38,179 nt of DNA from Methanothrix sp. (GTDB lineage: Archaea > Halobacteriota > Methanosarcinia > Methanotrichales > Methanotrichaceae). Below, in pieces: positions 1 through 8,865 of the stretch (within the stretch, counting starts at the first letter, position 1; every line of letters starts with the position of its first letter). The notes under the pieces were generated by a model that was not told the DNA's origin, did no database searches, and saw nothing but the letters and a program-made list of their open reading frames with translations. The stretch covers positions 1 through 38,179 of the forward strand of contig JAXGJB010000028.1 in NCBI GenBank assembly GCA_040770465.1, written 5' to 3'. A program made the position numbers and the translations under genes.

Positions 1-247
1 ATATAAATTCACCATTAGCATTTTCTACTCCGACCTGACACGCCCCTGCTCTAGTATGATAATCTTCATATAAAATTTTTACTGGAAACTTCTCTGCTAC
101 CTTAACCGTCCTATCTGTGGAATGGCCATCCACTACAATTACTTCAATCACATTAATTGTTTGACTAAATACTGCTTCAAGGCAATGCTCTATTTTATCC
201 TCCTCGTTAATCACGGGAATAATTACTGAAATGGTGCGATCCATCAT
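1..247 (-). CDS. GT2-family glycosyltransferase, 5' part only (runs off the window edge)
   Basis: Not in the ORF track. Manual translation gives MMDRTISVIIPVINEEDKIEHCLEAVFSQTINVIEVIVVDGHSTDRTVKVAEKF...GVENANGEFI, a classic GT2 N-terminus. GGAGGA RBS just upstream; AT-rich. Confidence 0.85.
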   Translation of the reverse strand, partial: MMDRTISVIIPVINEEDKIEHCLEAVFSQTINVIEVIVVDGHSTDRTVKVAEKFPVKILYEDYHTRAGACQVGVENANGEFI

Positions 248-254
248 ACTCCTC

Positions 255-1148
255 CTATGTACCAACTCTGCACTCACGTATCAGCCTTGACATGGAATGC
301 AGCAATATCCCCGTCAGAGCCATGAAAGACCCGATTACGGTAAGCAGTATCATCAGCAACGTCGGCCCAAAGGCCAGGCTCCCCCCAAGATAAAACGTCC
401 TCAGGAAATCCAGGCCCATCCCGATCCCCACCGCAGCAAGCACCATCCCCGGAATGGTGAAGTAATAGAGCGGCCTTCTCAGCTCCATATCGTGAAGCAG
501 GGTCAGAAGCACCCCCACACCATGTTTCACCGGCCCCTGGGTTGAAGCTCGCTCAACATCGTAGCTGCAATTTATGGGCACCTCTCCGAACCTCAGGTCG
601 TTATCCTTGATCTGGAGCAGGATCTCAGAGCCCGCAGACATGCCGCTCCCGTTGATCCTTATGGATTCTATAGCCCTTTTCCCGTAGGCTCTATACCCGC
701 TCTGGCTGTCGGAGACGCTGATCCCGCCCGCAAAGTTCGTGGCGGTGTCCAGGACCTTCATCCCGACCTTCCTGTATGCGGGGATGTTCTGGCCGTTCCC
801 CTCGCAGAACCGGGAGCCGATCACGATGTCGGCGCCGTTGTTCAAAGGCTCCAGAAGCTTCGATATCTCTGCCGGGTCGTGCTGCCCGTCGGAGTCGATG
901 ATCACCATCTTCTCTGCGTCGAGCTCTCGGGCCGTCTCAAAGCAGCTCCGAAGGGCACCACCATAGCCCTGGTTCTTGGTATGGCGGACGACGTGAGCGC
1001 CCAGGGCCTCGGCGATCTCTGCGGTGGCATCAGAGCTTCCGTCATCTACGACTACAACTACGTCCACGTACTTCTTGCAGCCAAGGATCATCTTGGCTAT
1101 GGACCGCTCCTCGTTGTAGGCGGGCATCGCCGCAATCGTTAGAGACAT
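255..1148 (-). CDS. GT2 glycosyltransferase, polyprenol-phosphate sugar synthase (DPM1-like) with two C-terminal TM helices
   Basis: Motifs PAYNEE, VVDDGSSD, NQGYGGA, DSDGQH, GSRF, DSQSGYRAY; hydrophobic C-terminus. Confidence 0.9.
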   Translation of the reverse strand: MSLTIAAMPAYNEERSIAKMILGCKKYVDVVVVVDDGSSDATAEIAEALGAHVVRHTKNQGYGGALRSCFETARELDAEKMVIIDSDGQHDPAEISKLLEPLNNGADIVIGSRFCEGNGQNIPAYRKVGMKVLDTATNFAGGISVSDSQSGYRAYGKRAIESIRINGSGMSAGSEILLQIKDNDLRFGEVPINCSYDVERASTQGPVKHGVGVLLTLLHDMELRRPLYYFTIPGMVLAAVGIGMGLDFLRTFYLGGSLAFGPTLLMILLTVIGSFMALTGILLHSMSRLIRECRVGT

Positions 1149-1178
1149 GAACCCTTCGCCCGAAGTTTGATTACAGGT

Positions 1179-2099
1179 TTATGAAAACCGGCTATACCAT
1201 CGAATTGCATCTCGAAGTCCCTCTTCCATGGTGTACTTCGGAGAATATCCAATGTTATCTGCAAGCCTTATATCTGCCACCGAGTCCCTGATGTCCCCGG
1301 CCCTCGCATCCGAATATCTCGGGTCTATCTTCGATCCGGTGATCTCCTTGATGATACCCGAGAGCTCGTTGAGGCTCGTCCTCGTCCCGCTGGCGACGTT
1401 GAAGACCCCCGGGACGCTCGCCTCGCTCGCCAGGATGTTCGCACGCACCAAGTCTTTGACGTAGACGAAGTCCCGGGTCTGCTCCCCGTCCCCGAAGATC
1501 ACCGGCGCCTTTCCGGCGAGGTAGGCAGAGACGAACCTGGGGATGACGGCGGCGTACTCGGACGCTGGGTCCTGCCTCGGCCCGTATACGTTGAAGTAGC
1601 GGAGGGCGACGTTCCTCATCCCGTAGACCTCGTTGAAGGCAAGGCAGAACCCCTCCCCCGCCAGCTTCGCCACAGCATACGGAGACTTCGGCTCCGGCCT
1701 CATATCCTCCCTCTTCGGCAAGATTGGGGAGTCGCCGTAGACCGCCGCCGAGGAGGCGAAGACGACTTTTTTGGCTCCAACGTCCCGGGCGGCGACGAGG
1801 ACGTTCAGCGTCCCCTCCACCCCCACCCGGCTGGTCAGGATCGGGTCCTCCACCGACCTCTGGACCGAGGCGACCGCCGCCTGGTGGAAGACGCAATCGC
1901 ACCCCTCGAAGGCCCCTCTCAAGAGGTCGAGGTCCAGGATGCTCCCCTCGACGAGTTCGACGTCGAGCCCGGCCAGGTTCTCTTTCTTGCCGGCCGAGAG
2001 GTCGTCGACCACCACCACCTCGTTTCCTTCGGCCAGGGCCTGGGCCAGGTTCGAGCCGATGAACCCGGCTCCCCCGGTTATGGCGTACTTTTTGGTCAT
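1179..2099 (-). CDS. NAD-dependent nucleotide-sugar epimerase/dehydratase (extended SDR, GalE/WbpP-like)
   Basis: TGGAGFIGS Rossmann motif, ASSAAVYG, catalytic YAVAK (YxxxK), LRYFNVYGP, GDGEQTRDF. Confidence 0.92.
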   Translation of the reverse strand: MTKKYAITGGAGFIGSNLAQALAEGNEVVVVDDLSAGKKENLAGLDVELVEGSILDLDLLRGAFEGCDCVFHQAAVASVQRSVEDPILTSRVGVEGTLNVLVAARDVGAKKVVFASSAAVYGDSPILPKREDMRPEPKSPYAVAKLAGEGFCLAFNEVYGMRNVALRYFNVYGPRQDPASEYAAVIPRFVSAYLAGKAPVIFGDGEQTRDFVYVKDLVRANILASEASVPGVFNVASGTRTSLNELSGIIKEITGSKIDPRYSDARAGDIRDSVADIRLADNIGYSPKYTMEEGLRDAIRWYSRFS

Positions 2100-2752
2100 G
2101 GCCGATGGCTCCCTCGATGGAGATGGTTCTTGAGGCTAGGCTGAGATGGAGGTGGAAGCTGGATGTAAGGGGATTTTTAAAACTGAGTGGTCATATACAA
2201 AACTTAATATGAAAAAGTTTGATAATATCCACCCCGTTCGCCAGCCTCTCCTATCATGGAATCAATTCGATAGCTGGCGATTCGGTCGGCGGCCTCAAGA
2301 TCGATCGAGATCTGAGGCAGTCTCCAACCTATCTGAGATAATTGCCTTAAATAAGCCTTTTGGTTCCTTCGCCTCAGTCCGGTCCAATTTTAAGACGTCT
2401 CAGATCGGATGCATCGATGCATCGACAAACGACTCCAGCCCGGACGGCCGACGGAAGCGGAGCCCCATCGGCGGTGAAGGATGGAGTGGAGAGCTTGCAT
2501 GGGCAGGACTCGATCTCTTGGGGCGGACTGCTCGATAGGAGGGGGAGATCCACAAGAACTCGCGCTCCAAAAAAGCTGCGATAAAAGCAGCGATCCGCGA
2601 TCGGCGATTCTCCAGTCCCGCGCGACCGCCCGACCCTCAAAGCTTGGGTCCATCTCCGGAGATGAGGCGCATCCGTTCGATCTCTCGGAGCAAGATAGCT
2701 AGCATCGACTCGGGATAAGGTTAAATCCATCACCAGCCAACAATATTCCGTT

Positions 2753-3025
2753 ATGTTCGCAGAATACATCCAGGCAGCCCTGGATAAGGCGGAGTACAAG
2801 CTAATAGAAGACACGTTGCCGGTCTTTGGAGAGGTCCCGGAGCTCGAGGGCGTCTGGGCCACAGGCGCAACGGTTGAAGAGTGCCGAAAAGAGCTGATAT
2901 CTGTCATCGAAGGCTGGATTGCGCTGCGCCTTGCGATGGGCGACTCCATCCCGGTGATCGGAGACGCTGCCATTATAGTCTCCACGGAGCCGATGGCCAT
3001 GGTCCGGGCTTGTTCTTGTCTTTAG
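2753..3025 (+). CDS. hicB: HicB-family antitoxin
   Basis: EYIQAALDKAEY...GEVPELEGVWATGATVEECRKELISVIEGWI...GDSIP is a typical HicB partial RNase H fold. The C-terminus appears to run into degenerate hicA sequence. Confidence 0.85.
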   Translation: MFAEYIQAALDKAEYKLIEDTLPVFGEVPELEGVWATGATVEECRKELISVIEGWIALRLAMGDSIPVIGDAAIIVSTEPMAMVRACSCL

Positions 3026-3232
3026 AGCCGAAGCTCATCGCTCATCCGGAGACTGAAGAAACTGGGCTTCGATGGGCCCTATTCAGGATCTGGTCATGCT
3101 TACATGGTGAGGGACCATCTTTACCTTACAATACCCAACCCCCACCACGGCGAGATGATAGGAGCAAGCCTACTGGTTGAGATTCTGAGGAAAGCCAGGA
3201 TAAGCCGCGAAGAATGGTTTTCTGCAGCCTGA
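3026..3232 (+). pseudogene. hicA: HicA-family mRNA interferase lacking an N-terminal start codon
   Basis: Not in the ORF track. In the hicB frame after its TAG: SRSSSLIRRLKKLGFDGPYSGSGHAYMVRDHLYLTIPNPHHGEMIGASLLVEILRKARISREEWFSAA*, with HicA motifs LxKLGF, GxH, TIP and LLxxILR. Confidence 0.75.
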
Positions 3233-3442
3233 GGATGGAACAGGAACAGGCTTACACGGAGGCGTGGTGGCGATCTTTCGCACCACCGCCCGACCGACGG
3301 GGAGTGCGGCGCTAGGAGGGCCGCAAGCACCAGCCCTCGCCTGAGGGATCTCGGGGATGGAGGGGCCGCTTCTCCCCCCACCCTCCAAACGCATTTATTG
3401 ATGGAGAGCTGTTGATCGAGCGAGCAGGACGGATTCGATGGA

Positions 3443-3688
3443 ATGACTCAGCGATTAGTATTCCGGGCGGAGTTCTTCCGAGATGATGATCTTTATGTAG
3501 GCCTCGCCCCGGAGCTTGACGTCTCCAGCTTTGGAGAGAGTTTGAATGAAGCAAAGCTCTCCCTCAAAGAGGCCGCGGAAGCCTTCATCGAGGAGTGCGA
3601 AGCGATGGGCGCGCTGGATGAGGTCCTCCAGGAGGCTGGTTTCCGCATGCAAGGGAACCTCTGGGCGCCCCGTCAGCCTCTGCCCTAA
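3443..3688 (+). CDS. Second HicB-like antitoxin (orphan)
   Basis: YVGLAPELDVSSFGESLNEAKLSLKEAAEAFIE matches the HicB core. Confidence 0.75.
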   Translation: MTQRLVFRAEFFRDDDLYVGLAPELDVSSFGESLNEAKLSLKEAAEAFIEECEAMGALDEVLQEAGFRMQGNLWAPRQPLP

Positions 3689-5775
3689 AGGGTCACCAAC
3701 GATCCCATAGCCCCCCGGTAATCCTCCATCTCTATCAGAGCCTGCACCCGGTTGCTCTTCGCCTGGCTGTAGCTGGGGTTCAGCTCCAGGGCCTTCTCGT
3801 AGCTTTCGAGAGCCGCTTCATGCTCGCCGCAGGCTTCCAGGGCTAGCCCCCTGGCGTTATAGGCAGGATAGTACTCAGGATCGACGTCGATCGCGGCGTC
3901 GAAATATCTTATCGAACCCGAGGGGTCGCCGATGGCGATTGAAGATATCCCCATCCTGTAGATGGCCTCCTTGTACTCTGGATCGATCTTTGTCGCCCTT
4001 TCAAAAGAGGTCAGAGACCCGCTGAAGTTGCCCAGAGCCTGCTGGTAGCTCCCCAGATTGTACCAGCACCATTTGGAGTTCGGGCTCAGCTTTGCAGCCA
4101 CCCCCTCGGCGAAGGTCGCATTTTCATAGTCGCCCAAGGCCGCATAAGTGCCGGCCTTCCCATCCCAGGCCGCAGAGCTGTTGGGATCGAGGTCCAGAGC
4201 TCGATCAAAGGAATCGATCGCCTCGGTATAATTCCTGGCGGCCTTCAGGGTATGGCCTCTGCTGTTCCAGGCCCCGACGTTCCCCGGATCTATCCTGAGA
4301 ACCTCATCATACGCCTGGAGAGCCTGCTCGTACCTCTCCAGACTCCTGTAGACTGCGGCCTTGTTATTCCAGGCCGCTATATTCGAGGGATCCAGCCGGA
4401 GGGCCTCATCGAAGGCCTCCAGAGCCCGGTCATACTTCTCCTGGCTCCTGAGAACATTGCCCTTGTTATTCCAGGCCCCGACGTTCTCTGGATCTATCCT
4501 GAGAACCTCATCATAAGCCTGGATGGCCTCATCATACTTCTCCTGACTCTTGTAAACCGCAGCCTTGTAATTCCAGGCTGCTATATTCGATGGATCGAGT
4601 CGGATAGCCTCATCATAAGCCAGTAGGGCTTCGTCATACTTCTCCTGACTTCTGAGAACTGTGCCCTTGTTATTCCAGGCCCCGACGTTCTCTGGATCTA
4701 TCCTGAGAACCTCATCATAAGCCTGGATGGCCTCATCATACTTCTCCTGACTCCTGTAAACCGCAGCCTTGTAATTCCAGGCCGCTATATTCGTTGGGTC
4801 CAGCCGGAGTGCCTCATCAAACGCATCGAGAGCCTGGTCGTACTTCTCCTGGCTCCTGAGAACGTCGCCTTTGCCATTCCAGGCCCCGACATTCTCTGGA
4901 TCTATCCTGATGACCTCGTCATAAGCCAGAGCGGCCTCGTCGTACTTCTTTTGGCTAAAGAGAATCGCCCCTCTGTTGTTCCAGGCCCCGACGTTCTCTG
5001 GATCAACCTTGATGATCTCATCATAAGCCTGAAGAGCTTCATCATACTTCTTCTGGCTCTTGAGAACTGTGCCCTTGTTGTTCCAGGCTGCGACATTCTC
5101 TGGATCTATCCTGATGACCTCATCATAAGCCTGGAGTGCTTCATCATACTTTTCCTGTCTCCTGAGAACTGTGGCCTTGTTGTTCCAGGCCTCGACATTC
5201 TCTGGATCGATTCTGGTAGCGTTGTCAAATGCAAGGATTGCTTCATCGTACTTGCCCTGTCTGGCGAGATCATTGCCTGAGTCCATCCATTCTTCGGCGG
5301 TCGTCAGCCAGTGCTCTGCCGTCATCCGACCCAGCTTCTCCAGAGCCTCTGCACAACTCGAACGGACCCGCGAATCCTCATCCCTCAGCAGATCGATGAG
5401 TGGTTCAACCGCCTTTTCATCACCGATCTTGCCGAGAGCCTTAGCCGCGCTCGATCGGACCCAAGGGTCCTGGTCCTTGAGGGCTTCGATGAGCGGGTCA
5501 ACCGCCCTGGCATCGCCGATCCTCCCGAGAGCCGAGGCAGCATTGGTGCGGACGATGGAATTATTATCTTCAAGAGCCGCTGTTAGGGGTTCTATCGCCC
5601 TCGTATCATTTATATTTCCAAGAGCGATTGCAGCCTTCGATCGATCGGTCAGAGTTCCGCGCTCCAAATCTGATACGAGATCGTCCACCTCGTCCGCCCC
5701 GATCGGCTCCACCAGCATCGCCAGCGCCAGCGCCAGCGTCAGCGTCAGCACCCAGAAAATCGCTTTTAGATTCAT
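3685..5775 (-). CDS. Secreted HEAT-repeat (PBS lyase-like) + multi-TPR protein
   Basis: Signal peptide; HEAT repeats (VR..AA.ALG.IGD.RAV.PLI.AL.D); long run of 34-aa TPRs (AWNNKG.VL..QEKYDEA...YDE..RIDP). Confidence 0.9.
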   Translation of the reverse strand: MNLKAIFWVLTLTLALALAMLVEPIGADEVDDLVSDLERGTLTDRSKAAIALGNINDTRAIEPLTAALEDNNSIVRTNAASALGRIGDARAVDPLIEALKDQDPWVRSSAAKALGKIGDEKAVEPLIDLLRDEDSRVRSSCAEALEKLGRMTAEHWLTTAEEWMDSGNDLARQGKYDEAILAFDNATRIDPENVEAWNNKATVLRRQEKYDEALQAYDEVIRIDPENVAAWNNKGTVLKSQKKYDEALQAYDEIIKVDPENVGAWNNRGAILFSQKKYDEAALAYDEVIRIDPENVGAWNGKGDVLRSQEKYDQALDAFDEALRLDPTNIAAWNYKAAVYRSQEKYDEAIQAYDEVLRIDPENVGAWNNKGTVLRSQEKYDEALLAYDEAIRLDPSNIAAWNYKAAVYKSQEKYDEAIQAYDEVLRIDPENVGAWNNKGNVLRSQEKYDRALEAFDEALRLDPSNIAAWNNKAAVYRSLERYEQALQAYDEVLRIDPGNVGAWNSRGHTLKAARNYTEAIDSFDRALDLDPNSSAAWDGKAGTYAALGDYENATFAEGVAAKLSPNSKWCWYNLGSYQQALGNFSGSLTSFERATKIDPEYKEAIYRMGISSIAIGDPSGSIRYFDAAIDVDPEYYPAYNARGLALEACGEHEAALESYEKALELNPSYSQAKSNRVQALIEMEDYRGAMGSLVTL
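4260..5215. repeat. Intragenic tandem repeat with 102-bp (one TPR) and 204-bp (two TPR) periodicity
   Basis: The block beginning gcccttgttattccaggccccgacgttctctggatctatcctgagaacc occurs at 4459 and 4663 (204 bp apart), identical for about 90 nt; ttccaggc recurs every 102 bp. Confidence 0.9.
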
Positions 5776-6334
5776 CTCGTCTCCCCCGCATGATTTAGAT
5801 CATGTTTTACTTTTAAGAATGCTTCGATTCCACCACTCCGGCATCCTATTGGGCCGGAAGCAAGACCCATACTCCTACAACCTCCACGACCGATATCGCT
5901 GCTGCGCATCAACTATATCGGTGGACGATGTTGAAGCCGCAAGACGAGACTACATCCCGCCGTAAGACGAGAGGCCTCCGGATGAACGGCTCGATCGGTT
6001 CTGGGAGTCCGACGACGAGCTAAAGTTAGTAGCGCCTCGTCCTAGACCGCCAGAGGTCGGGAGCACCGCCCTCAAAAGGCTCGTCGACGCGCCCTTCGCC
6101 ATCGATGGCGCGAACCTCGCATCCTCTTCCCGGGGCGTACGATGTGGCTGGTTGGGCAGGGCTGGCAGCGCCAGGAAAAGGCGGCCAGGAACCGTAACCG
6201 GGATTTCGCATGATGGTCGATACGGGCACCGGTTCGGGCGAGGCCGTCGAAGAGAGACCCAACTCCCGCGAGCGGAAAATCTTAAGTCAGTAACCATAAG
6301 CGTTATAAACAACCTTGGATTTTGATGGTGGTTG

Positions 6335-6853
6335 ATGCTCGTCTTCGCCCATCTGGGCCTCACCCTCGCCGCAGCTAACCTCTCCCGCCGTTTCGGCCTC
6401 CGCCCCGACCTCGCCTTCGTCGCCATCGGCTCGCTCCTGCCGGACATCATCGACAAGCCCCTCGGCTACGTGATCTACGGGGCTATGGGCACGGGACGGA
6501 TCTACGCCCACACACTACTCTTCCTCCTGGTCCTCGCCGCCCTGGCGACGATCCTTCGAAGCCGAGCCCTCGGTTCCATCTCCTTCGGCGTCCTCGCCCA
6601 CCTCGTCCTGGACTCCATCTGGGCTACGCCGGCGATCCTCCTTTGGCCGCTCCTTGGCGACTTCCCCGTTAATCCGGATCTGACCGTCCTCGGCTACTTC
6701 GAGATGCTGTTGCAAGGTCTCGATAACCCGGATATACTCATACCAGAAATCCTCGGATTCCTATACCTGGTATCCTTCAGCTTGCAGAGGTGGTCTGCGA
6801 CCTTCGATGCGGCAAAAAAGATCTCCAGACGCCCCTCGAACGGCCGAAGCTGA
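6335..6853 (+). CDS. Membrane-bound metal-dependent hydrolase (YdjM/DUF457-like)
   Basis: N-terminal AH, GSLLPDIIDKP, RIYAHTLLF, HLVLD and LLWPL motifs; hydrophobic. Confidence 0.85.
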   Translation: MLVFAHLGLTLAAANLSRRFGLRPDLAFVAIGSLLPDIIDKPLGYVIYGAMGTGRIYAHTLLFLLVLAALATILRSRALGSISFGVLAHLVLDSIWATPAILLWPLLGDFPVNPDLTVLGYFEMLLQGLDNPDILIPEILGFLYLVSFSLQRWSATFDAAKKISRRPSNGRS

Positions 6854-6997
6854 GCTTGCGCGGTTAGACCCACCAGATAACGATCGATATTCCAGGGACC
6901 CTCGCAATTGCAGAGCTCATTCAGAGACTCGGTGGGAAATTATTTATGCTGCAAAAGGTTTAAACTCCTTTCAAGTGCTATTAGGATATAAGGAGGG

Positions 6998-7606
6998 ATG
7001 ACTGAGATGAGATCCTCAAGAGTTGCCATAAAAACTCTGTTGCTCCTTCTGGCCTGCATCGCGACGGCGACGGCGATGACCGGCGAGGATGCGATAGACA
7101 AAGCAGTCGCTGCAGAAGAGGTGCTCGATGGCCTGCCGGAAGAGGTGGCGGCTCTCACCGAGCTTACACCGACAGAGACCACCGAAACGATCGACGGAGT
7201 AGTATACACCGTATCCACGTATACTGACCAAGAGACCAATAAGACCTTCAAACGGATGACCGATCCCGATGGGAACGTGGTGAAAGAGGAATTTTTCGAT
7301 CCGGAGACGGGGACCGTGGTGACGATGGAGTATGACGAGGCCGGGAACGTCGTCTCTAACACGGTTGCGACCGTCGACGAGGAAGGCAAAGTCTTGGAAT
7401 CCACCAAAATCGAGTACAACGAGGATGGCACCAAGACCTACACCACAATTGACTACACCGATACCGCCGGCAACAACAAGGTGACGACGGTGATCGCTGC
7501 GGGTGGAGACATATCCAACCCCGACGATATAGTTTCGCAGGATATAGAAACCGAACCCGTTGATCACACCTGCCCCAACACCGGTCAATCCGAGATCGAC
7601 GTCTGA
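6998..7606 (+). CDS. Secreted acidic Thr/Glu/Asp-rich protein with YD-like beta-hairpin repeats
   Basis: AAGGAGG RBS (start may be ATG 7007); signal peptide; repeats DPDGNVV, EYDEAGNVV, DEEGKVL, EYNEDGTK. Confidence 0.75.
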   Translation: MTEMRSSRVAIKTLLLLLACIATATAMTGEDAIDKAVAAEEVLDGLPEEVAALTELTPTETTETIDGVVYTVSTYTDQETNKTFKRMTDPDGNVVKEEFFDPETGTVVTMEYDEAGNVVSNTVATVDEEGKVLESTKIEYNEDGTKTYTTIDYTDTAGNNKVTTVIAAGGDISNPDDIVSQDIETEPVDHTCPNTGQSEIDV

Positions 7607-7779
7607 AACCGACTCCCGAACAGAATCGTGTATGAGAACGTCGCCATATTGAAACATTGGATTGCTGGATATGGCGGCCTCTCTAACGTTTATAAGATCC
7701 GTTCTCATTGAAATTGGCTCTGAGAGTTGTATTCATTCTAGCAGGGTTGCCGCATCCATCAGAAAGCGTTGGTGATCAA

Positions 7780-8811
7780 ATGACCTTCAATTCTTCCAAA
7801 ATATTTGAGCTTATGTTATTATCTTCCCTCCTCATCCCAGGAGCCTGGGGCGACGATGGCGCGATCCTCTCCGGGGACTACAACGACCGAGCCGTCGACA
7901 GAGACGGCGACGGATTGTACGACCTTCTGATCGTAGAGGCGGGTGTGGACGTGACAAATCCCGGCGAGTACAGCCTCATGGGATTTCTCTACACCCTCGA
8001 CGATGTTGAGGTGGTCTGGTCGATAGATCACGGAAGATTCGAGGCTGGAAACCAGACCATGTACCTCGAGTTTGACGGCAAGACGATCGAGAAGAGCGAG
8101 ATGAACGGGCCATACCGGCTCAAGAAGGTCGTCTTGTCTTCGGGCTCGTCCCCGGCGGGCCAGAATATATGCGATCATGTTCCCGAGGCCTACGAGACCA
8201 GGGCGTACAACTCGTCGGAGTTCACCGACCCCGCTCGATCGGAGAAGACGATCTCGGGCACTGGTTATGGCGAGCTTCTTCTGACCTTCACCGTCGAGGA
8301 CGCGGCCCCAGTATACTCCGGCAGGTACAGCTACGACATCGTGAACATAACCATCCCGCCAATATCGACGCCGATTGCTGTCACGGGCTCGAAGACCGGG
8401 TACGCCTACACCCTTCCAGGAATCTTCATGCCCAACAAGCCGAACAACTTCACAGTCACCGCCGAAGGGGTGAAGAACCTGAACATCGGCCTCAAAAAGC
8501 CCCAGGGAGAACGGATCAGGACCTGGGTCTCAACCCAAGTCGAGGCGTCCGAAGAAGGTATGGCGACGGAAGAGACCGACCTCATCTCGCCCGGAAACTA
8601 CCACGTCAAGATCTTCGGCAACGCCCTGGATAACGTGACACTGGTGAACCTGACGATGACTATGGAGAAGAAGCTGATCGTAGAAGGAGAGTTCAGCCTC
8701 GGCATCGACACCACCGGATTTCCCTCCGGAAACTACTCGATAAATGCGAAAGCGGTCAACGGCTCCTTCAGCCTCGACGAGATCGAGATAGGCGGCCTCT
8801 CTATCGAATAA
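7780..8811 (+). CDS. Secreted surface protein with a DxDxDG Ca-binding loop and a C-terminal domain paralogous to 12735..13907
   Basis: GGTGA RBS before ATG 7780; signal peptide ending AWG; DRDGDGLYD; many NxS/T sequons. Confidence 0.8.
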   Translation: MTFNSSKIFELMLLSSLLIPGAWGDDGAILSGDYNDRAVDRDGDGLYDLLIVEAGVDVTNPGEYSLMGFLYTLDDVEVVWSIDHGRFEAGNQTMYLEFDGKTIEKSEMNGPYRLKKVVLSSGSSPAGQNICDHVPEAYETRAYNSSEFTDPARSEKTISGTGYGELLLTFTVEDAAPVYSGRYSYDIVNITIPPISTPIAVTGSKTGYAYTLPGIFMPNKPNNFTVTAEGVKNLNIGLKKPQGERIRTWVSTQVEASEEGMATEETDLISPGNYHVKIFGNALDNVTLVNLTMTMEKKLIVEGEFSLGIDTTGFPSGNYSINAKAVNGSFSLDEIEIGGLSIE

Positions 8812-8865
8812 AAAAGTGCGGGGGCAGATCCCTTGCTGCGTAAGGTTCTACCCCCTGCCATTTAT
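8809..8865. terminator. Possible terminator between convergent genes
   Basis: A-run at 8810-8816 (U-tract on the minus strand) beside an imperfect GC-rich inverted repeat gcgggggcaga...tctaccccctgc. Confidence 0.4.

Noticed and set aside
2146-2720. ORFs or an IS remnant between the epimerase and hicB
   Set aside because: No transposase motif, terminal inverted repeats or convincing protein sequence found.
4260-5215. CRISPR array
   Set aside because: The repeats are in-frame 102/204-bp coding units with no unique spacers; no cas genes in the window.
5719-5749. 6-bp repeat (cagcgc/cagcgt) as a phase-variation tract
   Set aside because: In-frame and encodes the LTLTLALALA signal-peptide core; slippage would not shift the frame.
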